Source: a virus (lineage: Duplodnaviria > Caudoviricetes). From it: DNA of 64,000 nt. The notes beneath the pieces are model-generated. The model made no database searches, was not told the origin of the DNA, and worked only from the letters and a program-made list of their open reading frames with translations. Shown one piece after another: positions 40,446 to 49,155 of this stretch. The position numbers and the translations under genes are program-made. The stretch is from positions 10,435 through 74,434 of the IMG/VR virus record IMGVR_UViG_2905984197_000003. One strand, given 5' to 3'. The stretch's first letter is position 1, and every line of letters starts with the position of its first letter.

Positions 40446-41240
40446 TTATTCTTCATCCTCTTCGGAAGATTGTATTAAGAAATTAGTAAATGATAGAGTT
40501 TCGCCGTTGCTGGAGACGTCTTTCTTATCAGCAAGACCTAAATCACGGGAGATGATGTTGGCGTTTAGTAAGTTTCCGGCAGCGCCTTCGAACTTTTGAC
40601 GGTAGATAACCGTCCTGATATCAGTGATGACCGTAGAATAATCGCCAGACTCTTCTTTGTCTTTTTCGAACTGTCGGAAGTAAGCTTCGTTGCAATTTAG
40701 ATAGAAACAAAGCCCCGCCAGCGTCATCGCTCGCATGATTGGAACTTTTTCTGTAACGATAGTGCCCTGATAATTAAAGACCTTTGTTTCATACAAAGGA
40801 TTTTCTTCAACCCATCTGAAATATTCGCAAGCAGCTTCCCATAACAACGTTGGAGTTCCAAATAGTTTATCTCTTCCATGCTTAGCCCTGTTCATCCAGA
40901 ATTGATTTCCTTTTGGGAAGTTTCCCGGATTCGCCTTAACTTCAACCTCAGCAGGTTTTGCGGGAGTAGTCTTTCGAGTTGTTGGTTTCTTTGCCGGAGT
41001 TTTAGCTGTAGTCTTTTTTGCAGCAGGTTTTCGTGTTGTAGGTTTTGCGGGAGCTTTTACCGTTGAAGCAGGTGTAGCCTTTAATTCTTTATTAAAAGTC
41101 GTCCTTTTTGGTGTCGCTGGCTTTTCTGGTGTTTTAGATACTGTTGCTGCCTTAACAGTTTTAACCACTACCTTTTTAGGAGTGGTTGGTTTTTTAGGAG
41201 GTGTTGATTTGTTATTATTCTTCTGCATCGATTTCTCCAT
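40446..41240 (-). CDS. terS: Terminase small subunit (P22 gp3-like) with long Lys/Pro/Thr/Ala-rich N-terminal extension
   Basis: PKGNQFW...HGRDKLF, RAMTLAGLC and QKFEGAAGNLLNANIISRDLGLADK motifs; first about 100 aa are histone-H1-like. Confidence 0.9.
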   Translation of the reverse strand: MEKSMQKNNNKSTPPKKPTTPKKVVVKTVKAATVSKTPEKPATPKRTTFNKELKATPASTVKAPAKPTTRKPAAKKTTAKTPAKKPTTRKTTPAKPAEVEVKANPGNFPKGNQFWMNRAKHGRDKLFGTPTLLWEAACEYFRWVEENPLYETKVFNYQGTIVTEKVPIMRAMTLAGLCFYLNCNEAYFRQFEKDKEESGDYSTVITDIRTVIYRQKFEGAAGNLLNANIISRDLGLADKKDVSSNGETLSFTNFLIQSSEEDEE

Positions 41241-41703
41241 TCTTTAGAAGCTTATCGTATTCAGCTTTCATTACGGGTGTAAGTTCTTCCCAACATTTGG
41301 GACAAAACCAATTAGAATCGTCATCTTGCGACATTGTTTCAATATCCGTTTTCTCTTCACAACTTTCGCATTTTAACAATGAAATTACATCACCTACCTC
41401 CGTTGTCATGAATAATGGTTGCAATGGCTGACCAAAAGTTTTAACTGAAATGAAAAGCTTTTTAGTTTCTTTTAACTTCTCAATTTCGACGTCGGTCAAT
41501 TCCCAACAAATCGAAACATCACCATTAATTGCAATGTGTGCGGGTAATGGTTGATATTCTGGCTGATTTACTGCAAAAACAGTATTAGTGTATTCAAAGT
41601 TAATTGGTATCATAACAGTATTTTTTAAATTCAAACTCTCGCATTGAAACTCGCTCGTGAGATATTTATCAGTAATTATTTTTACGAAGTTCCCTGATGG
41701 CAA
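41215..41703 (-). CDS. Phage hypothetical protein with C-terminal zinc finger
   Basis: QPEYQPLPA motif and CESC...CPKC; true start may be the internal MIPINF. Confidence 0.7.
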   Translation of the reverse strand: MPSGNFVKIITDKYLTSEFQCESLNLKNTVMIPINFEYTNTVFAVNQPEYQPLPAHIAINGDVSICWELTDVEIEKLKETKKLFISVKTFGQPLQPLFMTTEVGDVISLLKCESCEEKTDIETMSQDDDSNWFCPKCWEELTPVMKAEYDKLLKNGEIDAEE

Positions 41704-41784
41704 TATCTCTGTGTTTTAACCAACCTTCGAGTTGAGGTGCAAGGTTTATGCTGAACTTCAACAATACAACGTGTACCATGTTTG

Positions 41785-41854
41785 TGAGCTGTGAGAGAAT
41801 CGAACTCTCAATTACAGATTTTTATCTATATGTTTACCAATGCATCAACAGTTC
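41785..41854 (-). ncRNA. tRNA-like element with collapsed anticodon loop
   Basis: Acceptor GAACTGT/ACAGCTC, D-loop TGGT, T arm GAGAG-TTCGATT-CTCTC, anticodon arm TAGAT-AAAA-ATCTG. Confidence 0.65.
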
Positions 41855-41912
41855 TTTTAAATAAAATCAGCGCATTGTTTACGCTGATTTTTTTCTTTGT
41901 TTTTGTAAATTT

Positions 41913-42329
41913 TTAGCAGCTACAACCCCATGAGCCCGAGAACACAATAGGATTAAAATCGTAACTTGGCTGTAACTCTGGCATAGTATTATGGTAAAGA
42001 GGTTGCCAGTGTACATTATAATTTCCAATAGGAGTTTCAAAGCAGGCGTTACCTACACTTGAGGTCCAAGAAGTATGACAAAGCAATTTCCATTTTCCAG
42101 CATACTCGATTTCTTTCCCGTACCCTATGCCTTGCAAATCTCCTGAGATCTCATCAAAAATCATTTGCTCTTTTGGGTCTTTTTGAGCTTCTTTTGATGA
42201 AGCTTTCGTTTCTACTTGCTTACTTTGATTTACTGTTTCAGGAAAAGAATCTGCTGCTCCTGTGTTGCTGCAAGATGTTAAGAATGTGGAGAAAACTCCG
42301 ATTAATGCTAAAGTAAATAGCTTTTTCAT
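41913..42329 (-). CDS. Lipoprotein of unknown function
   Basis: SPII signal ...FLTS-C; four further Cys, ending in GCSC. Confidence 0.8.
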   Translation of the reverse strand: MKKLFTLALIGVFSTFLTSCSNTGAADSFPETVNQSKQVETKASSKEAQKDPKEQMIFDEISGDLQGIGYGKEIEYAGKWKLLCHTSWTSSVGNACFETPIGNYNVHWQPLYHNTMPELQPSYDFNPIVFSGSWGCSC

Positions 42330-42460
42330 TTAAAGTTTATTTTATAAATATTGCCTACTCTATGAGCTTTTCGGCTTACGCTAGAATAAAAAAAACCCGA
42401 CCGACGATAGTCAGCCGGGTAAAAACTATAACCATGAAAACTCAATAAACATGAGAATCG

Positions 42461-42533
42461 TGGAGTGTAAGGGTTCAAACCTCTTCTGTTGGCGCAATGA
42501 CAACCGCTTTAATCAACTTAAGCTATATACCCC
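42461..42533 (-). ncRNA. Degenerate tRNA-like element
   Basis: GGGGTAT/ACACTCC acceptor, TAGCT...AGC D arm, GTTG/CAAC anticodon stem, AGG-TTTGAAC-CCT T arm. Confidence 0.55.
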
Positions 42534-42670
42534 ATTAAAAAAGGAGGGGCTTTCTCCCATATAAATTACAGCGTTTCGAACCGCCTTATTTATGCGTTAC
42601 TTTCCTTTTCACCTCTCTGCAATTACCGTTTCGCCGTTGCTACATTTGGGGCATGCATATCATGATTTTG

Positions 42671-42733
42671 TGGATGATAAAGGAGTCGAAACTTTGAAGC
42701 TTATTATTTTCACTTCCTAAACCCAGACACCCC
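42671..42733 (-). ncRNA. Highly degenerate tRNA-like element
   Basis: T-arm-like AAAG..TTCGACT..CTTT and GGGTG/CATCC acceptor remnant; D and anticodon arms unclear. Confidence 0.35.
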
Positions 42734-42822
42734 GCTATGGCTATTCCCAAACTCTAAGCTTGTACAATTCTCCAGGTGATCAACCTGTTTTCATTTGGGA
42801 ACAGCGCTCTTTAAAATGTTTG

Positions 42823-42892
42823 TGGAGAATAACGGATTCGAACCGGATCTACTGCATTATCTACAGTGGCTTTACCATTAAGCTAATTCCCC
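42823..42892 (-). ncRNA. tRNA-like element with non-canonical anticodon loop
   Basis: Acceptor GGGGAAT/ATTCTCC, D arm GCTT-AATGGTA-AAGC, anticodon arm ACTGT-AGATAAT-GCAGT (no U33), T arm CGG-TTCGAAT-CCG. Confidence 0.7.
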
Positions 42893-42978
42893 TTAAAAAC
42901 AGTTCTAAGCTTCTCAGTTTAGAACTGACCAAATCACAAAATATCTATATGAAAAATTAAAGTCTTTTAAAAGCACTT

Positions 42979-43311
42979 TCACCTGCGCTGATTGGATTTT
43001 ACTCCTTTCGTAAGTGCTTTATTTTTATTTATCCTTTCCAGAATCGATTCATAATCTTTTCTGAATACTGCATTGTGTTTAAGTTCAATCGAACAGTTTT
43101 TCAAATAAGCGTAAATGCTTCCAATAGTTAACCCGAAGTAATCAGCAATATCATTAGTTTTGATATTAAACTTATTTCTACAAATGATTACGAAAATCAT
43201 TCTTCCGAACACTAATTGTTGTTTCCTAGACTGGCTTCTAAGCACCTTAGGAGTCACCCCCACCTCATCAGAAACTATTTTACAAACTTTTAAAAGAACT
43301 TCTTTACTCAT
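42979..43311 (-). CDS. DnaA C-terminal-like HTH protein, candidate late-gene regulator
   Basis: SRKQQLVFGRMIF...TNDIADYFG resembles DnaA domain IV; sits at the early/late junction with its own promoter motif. Confidence 0.7.
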   Translation of the reverse strand: MSKEVLLKVCKIVSDEVGVTPKVLRSQSRKQQLVFGRMIFVIICRNKFNIKTNDIADYFGLTIGSIYAYLKNCSIELKHNAVFRKDYESILERINKNKALTKGVKSNQRR

Positions 43312-43339
43312 CTACAAATCAATACTTTGATTTAGATAA

Positions 43340-43383
43340 CAAATATAATAATTATTTTCTTTCATACGTACATAATACGTTGG
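43340..43383 (-). promoter_or_regulatory. Promoter -7 element with upstream ACGTA-N5-TACGT operator
   Basis: TATATTTG on minus at 43340-43347; ACGTA-cataa-TACGT-TGG at 43366-43383. Confidence 0.65.
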
Positions 43384-43398
43384 AAGTTTTAAATTTTT

Positions 43399-43686
43399 TT
43401 ATTCTTTTTCAATTACATCAAGAATAACCCTGGCGTCTTTCGCTGTTGAAGGTTGTTCACGCTCTTTATAAACCAATCCCAAAGAAGGAGAAGCAGCTGA
43501 AAAGGTCTTGTTTTTATGAATTGTGATTGCATTCCAAGTTTCAGGAGCGATGTTTTTCTGATAGTTTGTACAAAAGGTTTCTCCAGACCTTTCACGGATT
43601 ACTTCCTTCTCGTATCCGTTTTCTTCTAAAAATTGGTAGAAGTTGAATTTGTTACTTTCCATTGATTTTATTTCTAATGTTTTCAA
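43399..43686 (-). CDS. Hypothetical protein
   Basis: 95-aa ORF; start may be the internal MESNK. Confidence 0.7.
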   Translation of the reverse strand: MKTLEIKSMESNKFNFYQFLEENGYEKEVIRERSGETFCTNYQKNIAPETWNAITIHKNKTFSAASPSLGLVYKEREQPSTAKDARVILDVIEKE

Positions 43687-43864
43687 ATTGTTTCTGAATC
43701 ACGATATCATAATCTCTTTCAAGAACTTTGATAAAATCGCTTTGTTCGTTGATCAGCTTTTCCTGTTTTGCAATTATTCTTTTGTAGCCTTTAATTGAAG
43801 TATTTTCAAAACCTACAAAAACCAAAATTACAACTATGCCGATGATTATTGCTTCTATTTCCAT
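43652..43864 (-). CDS. Small membrane-anchored protein
   Basis: N-terminal hydrophobic helix followed by a coiled coil. Confidence 0.65.
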   Translation of the reverse strand: MEIEAIIIGIVVILVFVGFENTSIKGYKRIIAKQEKLINEQSDFIKVLERDYDIVIQKQFENIRNKINGK

Positions 43865-43954
43865 TTTTTAAATTTAAATATTTAGTATAGATTGTCATTA
43901 CGGTTTTCCGTATCTGGTAGAAGCAGTTTTAAATCATGCTCAGGATCGTTTTTA

Positions 43955-44242
43955 TTATGCTTTTTTAAACGCTTTAAATTCGGCCTCAGTCATTGCTTCA
44001 AGTTTAGATTTTAAAACATTCATTAAGTCGTTCACATGAACACCACTTATCAACATCGCCTGACTAACTCTCTTATATTTAGCTTTGCTTAATTCTGAAT
44101 ATCTCTGAAAACCTAAAGAATAAATTGGTTCAACATCTGAATGAAAGATTGAGAAAAGATCTTTTACGCTTTCCACTACCTCAGGTGTAACTTCGTAAGT
44201 AGTGATTGTTCTTGCTCTGTGATTAATTACTGTAGTGTTCAT
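43955..44242 (-). CDS. Hypothetical protein divergent from an HTH gene
   Basis: 95 aa; own -7 motif at 44264-44271 overlapped by palindromes. Confidence 0.7.
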   Translation of the reverse strand: MNTTVINHRARTITTYEVTPEVVESVKDLFSIFHSDVEPIYSLGFQRYSELSKAKYKRVSQAMLISGVHVNDLMNVLKSKLEAMTEAEFKAFKKA

Positions 44243-44263
44243 AACTGTTTGTTTTTGTTACTA

Positions 44264-44305
44264 CAAATATAAAACAAATGTTTTATATATACAAATGTTT
44301 TATAT
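44264..44305. promoter_or_regulatory. Tandem palindromic operators between divergent genes
   Basis: TATAAAACA-AA-TGTTTTATA and adjacent TATATACA-AA-TGTTTTATA. Confidence 0.6.
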
Positions 44306-44330
44306 CATTTTTTTTAATTATTTTTACACA

Positions 44331-44561
44331 ATGAAACTAAAAGAATTTTTGGATAACAATCCTATTATTAATTCGGCTCAATTAGCAGCTAAGATGTGGC
44401 CGGAAAACAAATCCGCAAGATCTAAACTTACAAATAAGCTAAACGAAAATATCGTGGGCTCTGGAAAGCAACGTATAACAGACTTGGACGATAAAGCAGC
44501 ATTGGAAGTTTTACAAAAACTTTCAGATGAAATAGAAAAATTTAGACAATCGATAGTTTAA
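44331..44561 (+). CDS. Small HTH-like transcriptional regulator
   Basis: Probable start 44331 (MKLKEFL); INSAQLAAKMWP...ARSKLTNKLN helix-turn-helix pattern. Confidence 0.7.
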   Translation: MKLKEFLDNNPIINSAQLAAKMWPENKSARSKLTNKLNENIVGSGKQRITDLDDKAALEVLQKLSDEIEKFRQSIV

Positions 44562-47086
44562 GTAGTACTGCTTTCTTGCATTAAGTCAAATAAAGTGGGC
44601 ATGTTTAATTTTTCATGCATTGACCTTACATAGAATAATCCATCTTTGTAATAATCAGAATTAAGTTCGACGGCCTTGGCTTTACGTCCTAACTTAAGAG
44701 CTCTGGTAGGCACCGTCATTAATCCCCCGAAAGGTTCGTAAACAGTCTCGCCTTTCATCGAAAATAATTCAATCAACCTGTCAACGATATCGATTTGAAG
44801 CGGGCAGATATGCTTTTCTTTGTTGCTTGAAACCTGACGTGCATTCAAAGTATTCATTCGGTTAATATCGGTCCACACAAAATCATTATTAGAGTGAGGT
44901 GGAATGGTCATGTATTCACGGGAAATCTTTCCTTTTTGCTCCAGAGCTGTAGATAGTTTTAGATGATTTTCAAAAGTGTACAAACCATCGTCATTATATT
45001 GCTTCCAAACTCTCCAAACCTCTTTCAAATCTTTATCTTTCAGATCATCTACATTCAGATAATGATTGCCGGAGCTTCTCCAGTAAGCATGTGCATCTAA
45101 TTGCCATCTTTCGACTGGATATTCATCTTTTTCCTTGAAAACAGGAAGATCAGAATAAGCATTATCGACGTTTGTAGGTGCTTTTCTGAATAACAGAATA
45201 TATTCAGGCATACCAACTCCCATTTTAGAACCGTCCTTGCATTTTTCCGAATGGCCAAGTCTGTAAGTTTGGTTGTTTTCACGAACAACATCTGTTGTGA
45301 TTGTGATTTTGCCAATTAAATGAAAACCATGTTTTTTAAATGATCTTACGGTATCACCGCTGAAATCATCCATTGAAGTAAATGAAGTCCCGTTTTGGTA
45401 AGAATATCTGATTCTATCTTTCACATGGATTGCAGCAACTCTTCCAGGAATAAGCATCCTAAATAAATGAGGAACTAAATAATCCATTTGATCAAAGAAA
45501 CCTTCATTATTAATATTGTGACCGAAATCATTATAATTACCTGAATACTCGAAGTGATTACCGAAAGGAATCGATGTTACTACCATTCCAATTGAGTTAT
45601 CTGGAACCTCGTTTTCATCTGCTGAAATAATTACAGTGTCATTATTGTAAAGTGTTGCATCGCCGATAACAATCTTATCTCCGTTGCTAAATATTTGTCT
45701 TTCCATTTTGTCTCTAATTAATTCGTTATTTAATCCGTATTCTCTTACTAATTTTATCATTTCAGACTGCAGTTCTTTGTGCTTTTCCCACTTCTTCATT
45801 AAAGTTGAGAATATATGATCTTCGTTATTCGTGTAGATTACATGAACATTTACTGATTTATTTTGACCAAACCTGTAAATCCTGTGTATAGCCTGAATGA
45901 AGTCGTTAAACTTGTAATCGATCCCTACGAAAATCATATTATTGCAATGTTCCTGAAAGTTGCACCCGGATCCTGCTATCTTAGGTTTTGTCGAAAGAAT
46001 TTGATATTTACCTTCAGAGAAATCAATAAGCAACTTTTCTTTAACGTCATTTGCTTGGGAGCCATAAACAGAATTAAGTTCAATTTCTTCTAACTTAAAT
46101 TTCTTTTCAATAGCATTTCTTTCCGCTTCTAGATGATGCCATAAAATCCACTTATCTTCGCTTGTTCCGCAATCCCAAACTATTTCAAATGCTTTGTTTA
46201 CTCGCGCATCAATAGTTTCAGACTTTTCGCGTGAAGTGTCAATTAATGATTTGGTATTATCTTTAAAAAGAATCAAGTCGCCAAATTTATTATGAATAAG
46301 TTCATCGGTTAGGTTCTCAATTCTATGTTCGATTACGTTTAATTTAGGTAGATCATAGCCTTCATTTGGATAACCTAAATCTGAAGGAGTATTAATGAAA
46401 ACCGCCCAGCTTGAAACCCACATCCAGAAATCATTTTTCTGAGATTCTAAAAGCATCAAGTCTCCAGCTTTTTGCGGATTTCGTTTAAAGAATTTTGTAA
46501 GTAAATTTCCACGATCCGCAATGCCTAAGAATTCAGCATAATTAAGAATCTCGATGTAGTCATTTGGAGAAGGCGTTGCAGTTGCTACAAATCTATACGG
46601 TATCTGTTTGAAATATTTGATTATGTAATTTGTAGTTTCAGTTTTTAAGTTTCGTAAAATAGATGCTTCATCAAAAGAAACCCCTCCGAACTTATCTGCT
46701 TTAATATCTCCCTTCCGGATTCGTTCGTAATTTGTTAGATAAATCTTTTTAGAATACTCAGTGATCGAATCTGTATCTTTTATGTACTCAATTTCAAATC
46801 CGGTATTCAATTTTTCATTATCCCTTTTAAACTCCCCCATAACTCCCAGAGGACACGCGATAAGAAAAGGCTTTCCGGTTTCGTTGATGCAATTCACCGC
46901 ATTGATAAGCTGCATAACTGTTTTCCCGAGTCCGAATGAAGCGAATATCGCACGTCTACCACCTCGCAATGTCCAGCTGCATATATCTTTCTGATGATCT
47001 TTTGCAAATTCAGGAATCCAGCTAGGCTCAAATCCGAAATCCTCAGATATTATCACTTTGTTTTTTAAAAATTCTTCGTATCTCAT
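44558..47086 (-). CDS. SNF2-like helicase fused to an amino (N4/N6) DNA methyltransferase
   Basis: FGLGKT, FDEAS, ATATP and QAIHRIYRFGQ helicase motifs; TSIPF (motif IV) and EPFGG (motif I) in beta-class order. Confidence 0.9.
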   Translation of the reverse strand: MRYEEFLKNKVIISEDFGFEPSWIPEFAKDHQKDICSWTLRGGRRAIFASFGLGKTVMQLINAVNCINETGKPFLIACPLGVMGEFKRDNEKLNTGFEIEYIKDTDSITEYSKKIYLTNYERIRKGDIKADKFGGVSFDEASILRNLKTETTNYIIKYFKQIPYRFVATATPSPNDYIEILNYAEFLGIADRGNLLTKFFKRNPQKAGDLMLLESQKNDFWMWVSSWAVFINTPSDLGYPNEGYDLPKLNVIEHRIENLTDELIHNKFGDLILFKDNTKSLIDTSREKSETIDARVNKAFEIVWDCGTSEDKWILWHHLEAERNAIEKKFKLEEIELNSVYGSQANDVKEKLLIDFSEGKYQILSTKPKIAGSGCNFQEHCNNMIFVGIDYKFNDFIQAIHRIYRFGQNKSVNVHVIYTNNEDHIFSTLMKKWEKHKELQSEMIKLVREYGLNNELIRDKMERQIFSNGDKIVIGDATLYNNDTVIISADENEVPDNSIGMVVTSIPFGNHFEYSGNYNDFGHNINNEGFFDQMDYLVPHLFRMLIPGRVAAIHVKDRIRYSYQNGTSFTSMDDFSGDTVRSFKKHGFHLIGKITITTDVVRENNQTYRLGHSEKCKDGSKMGVGMPEYILLFRKAPTNVDNAYSDLPVFKEKDEYPVERWQLDAHAYWRSSGNHYLNVDDLKDKDLKEVWRVWKQYNDDGLYTFENHLKLSTALEQKGKISREYMTIPPHSNNDFVWTDINRMNTLNARQVSSNKEKHICPLQIDIVDRLIELFSMKGETVYEPFGGLMTVPTRALKLGRKAKAVELNSDYYKDGLFYVRSMHEKLNMPTLFDLMQESSTT

Positions 47087-47494
47087 TTACTTTTCAATTA
47101 ATAGTTTTAAGTCGTTTTCTATCTCCAGGTAATTATCAGCTGTGTATCTTAGAATCTGCCATCCTAATTTTGTGGCTAGATTATATTTTGTGATATCCTT
47201 TGTATAACCTGAGATTGTAGTATGCCCTGATTTTTCGGAGAAAATCCCCTCATATTCAATAGCTATTCTATATTTTTCAATCGCCCAGTCAAACCTGAAC
47301 TTTCGGACCTCATCGAATTTGTATTCTTCCTCAAACCCTAATCCTGATTTTTCTAAAACCGATATGATGTGAAGTTTGTACTTTCCTATTTCTTTCGGGA
47401 TAACAATCTTCTTTTCTGGTTCTTTAGGAAAATCTACTTTCTTTATTCTTCCTTCTTTCTCCAATTTTTGGAGAAGTAATTTGCTCCAAGTCAT
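47087..47494 (-). CDS. PD-(D/E)XK-type endonuclease (possible resolvase)
   Basis: EYKF...RKFRFDWA...IAIEYEG...KYNLA..LGWQILR. Confidence 0.8.
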   Translation of the reverse strand: MTWSKLLLQKLEKEGRIKKVDFPKEPEKKIVIPKEIGKYKLHIISVLEKSGLGFEEEYKFDEVRKFRFDWAIEKYRIAIEYEGIFSEKSGHTTISGYTKDITKYNLATKLGWQILRYTADNYLEIENDLKLLIEK

Positions 47495-47655
47495 ACTCTC
47501 TTCAAAATTTCAATTGCTTTTTCTATCTCTCTAATCTCAGTTTCATACTTTCTCCGAATATCAAAGCTTTCTGAAGTCGGATTTCGTTTGAAGAAATACA
47601 AAGCTTTATTCTTGATTTTCAAAACCGTCTTTAAAATTTTAATTACTGTTTCCAT
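47491..47655 (-). CDS. 54-aa hypothetical protein (below ORF-track cutoff)
   Basis: METVIKILK...EILKRV*; fills the gap after dnaB with an ATGA overlap downstream. Confidence 0.6.
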   Translation of the reverse strand: METVIKILKTVLKIKNKALYFFKRNPTSESFDIRRKYETEIREIEKAIEILKRV

Positions 47656-47658
47656 ACT

Positions 47659-49155
47659 TTAAAATCTAAATCCATCATTGTCATCATCTAAATTTTCTGG
47701 AGCATCAAAAGCCTGTGCAGGTGTTGAAAATGGTAAAGGATTTTCATATCCTCCGAAATCAGTACCCGTATCAAAGAATTTCGATATATCACCTCTGAAA
47801 CTCAGTCTCGATTCGAATATGCTTCCGTTTCTGAACTTCGCACACATAAACTCCGCTTCATTCTTCGTGCTCGTTTCTTCTCCATCGGAGTCATTATCCC
47901 AAGTATCAATCTTGTAATATTCCGGACGGAAAAGAAATCCTACAACATCAGCATCTTGTTCGATGGCCCCCGAATCTCTTAAGTCTGAAAGCTGAGGTCT
48001 TTTTCCTGGTCTTTTTTCGACTTCTCTGGAAAGTTGTGATAAAACAATCACCGGCACCTGTAGCTCTAAAGCAAGAAGCTTTAATTTTCGTGAGATAACT
48101 GATACTACCGAATTATCACTTTTCCCTTTGCTGTCTGAAATTTCAATCAACTGCAGGTAGTCAATCACAATCATTTTCACACCTTTTTCCTTTTTCAACA
48201 ATCTCGCTTTAGCAAGTATCTGATTTAGGTTATTTGTGTTTTCAACGATGTGGAAAGGAAGATTATCGAAAGTTGAGGTTTCATAAAGCTTCTGCATTTC
48301 CAAGTCTGACAAACTCATATCCCGGAATGTATTCCCACCGATTTCCGTTTCATTGCTTACCATTTTGGTGTGCAACTGACCTGCACTCATTTCCAACGAG
48401 AAGAATCCAACAGGATGACCTTTTTTCGCCGCGTGGAAAACATCATCCAAAACGAAGGTCGTTTTCCCCATTGCCGGTCTTCCCGCAATCACAATCATAT
48501 CTCCATCTCTCCAACCTCTCAACTTACTCTCAACAGATTTGTGCTTACTCGGAATTCCAGGGATAACTTTCAATTTCTGCTGCTCGATTAATTCCTGATG
48601 CAGTTGCAAAGATGTTTTATCATCCTTTTGCTGTGCTATCACCTCTTCAATTTCATTCATTCTGCCGATATGAGCATCGATTTCTTCGAAAATATCCGTT
48701 GACTCTCGGTAAAGAACATCAATCGCATGAGCGCAATTAGCAATCATTTTTCGAGCGAGATATTTCTGCAAAACCATCATCAGGTGATAATCCAAATGAG
48801 CTCCCGAACTTACTCCCATTGTCAACTCAATCACGTAGTGGTCACCTCCTGCATTGCTCAGTTTTTCAATTCTTCTCAACTCCTGAATTACCGTCATGAT
48901 GTCTACCGGATAATCTTTCGATTGCAAATCGATCATAGCTTTGAAAATCGACTGATGTCTTGGATCATAGAAAACCTCATCTTTTCCCGCAAAACGTTTT
49001 TTAATCTTCTCAATCGCTGATTTTTCAATCAAAGCGGTACCAATCACCAACCTTTCGAAATCAATTGCGTTTGGGGGGATCCTTCCGGTAGACAAAGCCA
49101 TTTCTTTTGCAAAATCCCCTGAAATTAGTGAGGTTAAAGTTTCTTTTTGTGCCAT
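47659..49155 (-). CDS. dnaB: Replicative DNA helicase
   Basis: AGRPAMGKT, FFSLEM, IDYLQL, LSQLSR, DLRDSGAIEQDAD. Confidence 0.97.
   Translation of the reverse strand: MAQKETLTSLISGDFAKEMALSTGRIPPNAIDFERLVIGTALIEKSAIEKIKKRFAGKDEVFYDPRHQSIFKAMIDLQSKDYPVDIMTVIQELRRIEKLSNAGGDHYVIELTMGVSSGAHLDYHLMMVLQKYLARKMIANCAHAIDVLYRESTDIFEEIDAHIGRMNEIEEVIAQQKDDKTSLQLHQELIEQQKLKVIPGIPSKHKSVESKLRGWRDGDMIVIAGRPAMGKTTFVLDDVFHAAKKGHPVGFFSLEMSAGQLHTKMVSNETEIGGNTFRDMSLSDLEMQKLYETSTFDNLPFHIVENTNNLNQILAKARLLKKEKGVKMIVIDYLQLIEISDSKGKSDNSVVSVISRKLKLLALELQVPVIVLSQLSREVEKRPGKRPQLSDLRDSGAIEQDADVVGFLFRPEYYKIDTWDNDSDGEETSTKNEAEFMCAKFRNGSIFESRLSFRGDISKFFDTGTDFGGYENPLPFSTPAQAFDAPENLDDDNDGFRF

Noticed and set aside
44235-44330. 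N-terminal extension of the HTH ORF given in the track (similarly 57583-57651, 59305-59331, 56306-56371)
   Set aside because: These stretches cover promoter/operator DNA, leader sequence or an upstream gene; downstream ATGs give more plausible starts.
44558-47494. Type III or other restriction-modification defence system
   Set aside because: The genes sit in the replication operon where helicase-MTase fusions and resolvase-like nucleases are usual; no Res/Mod organisation is evident.
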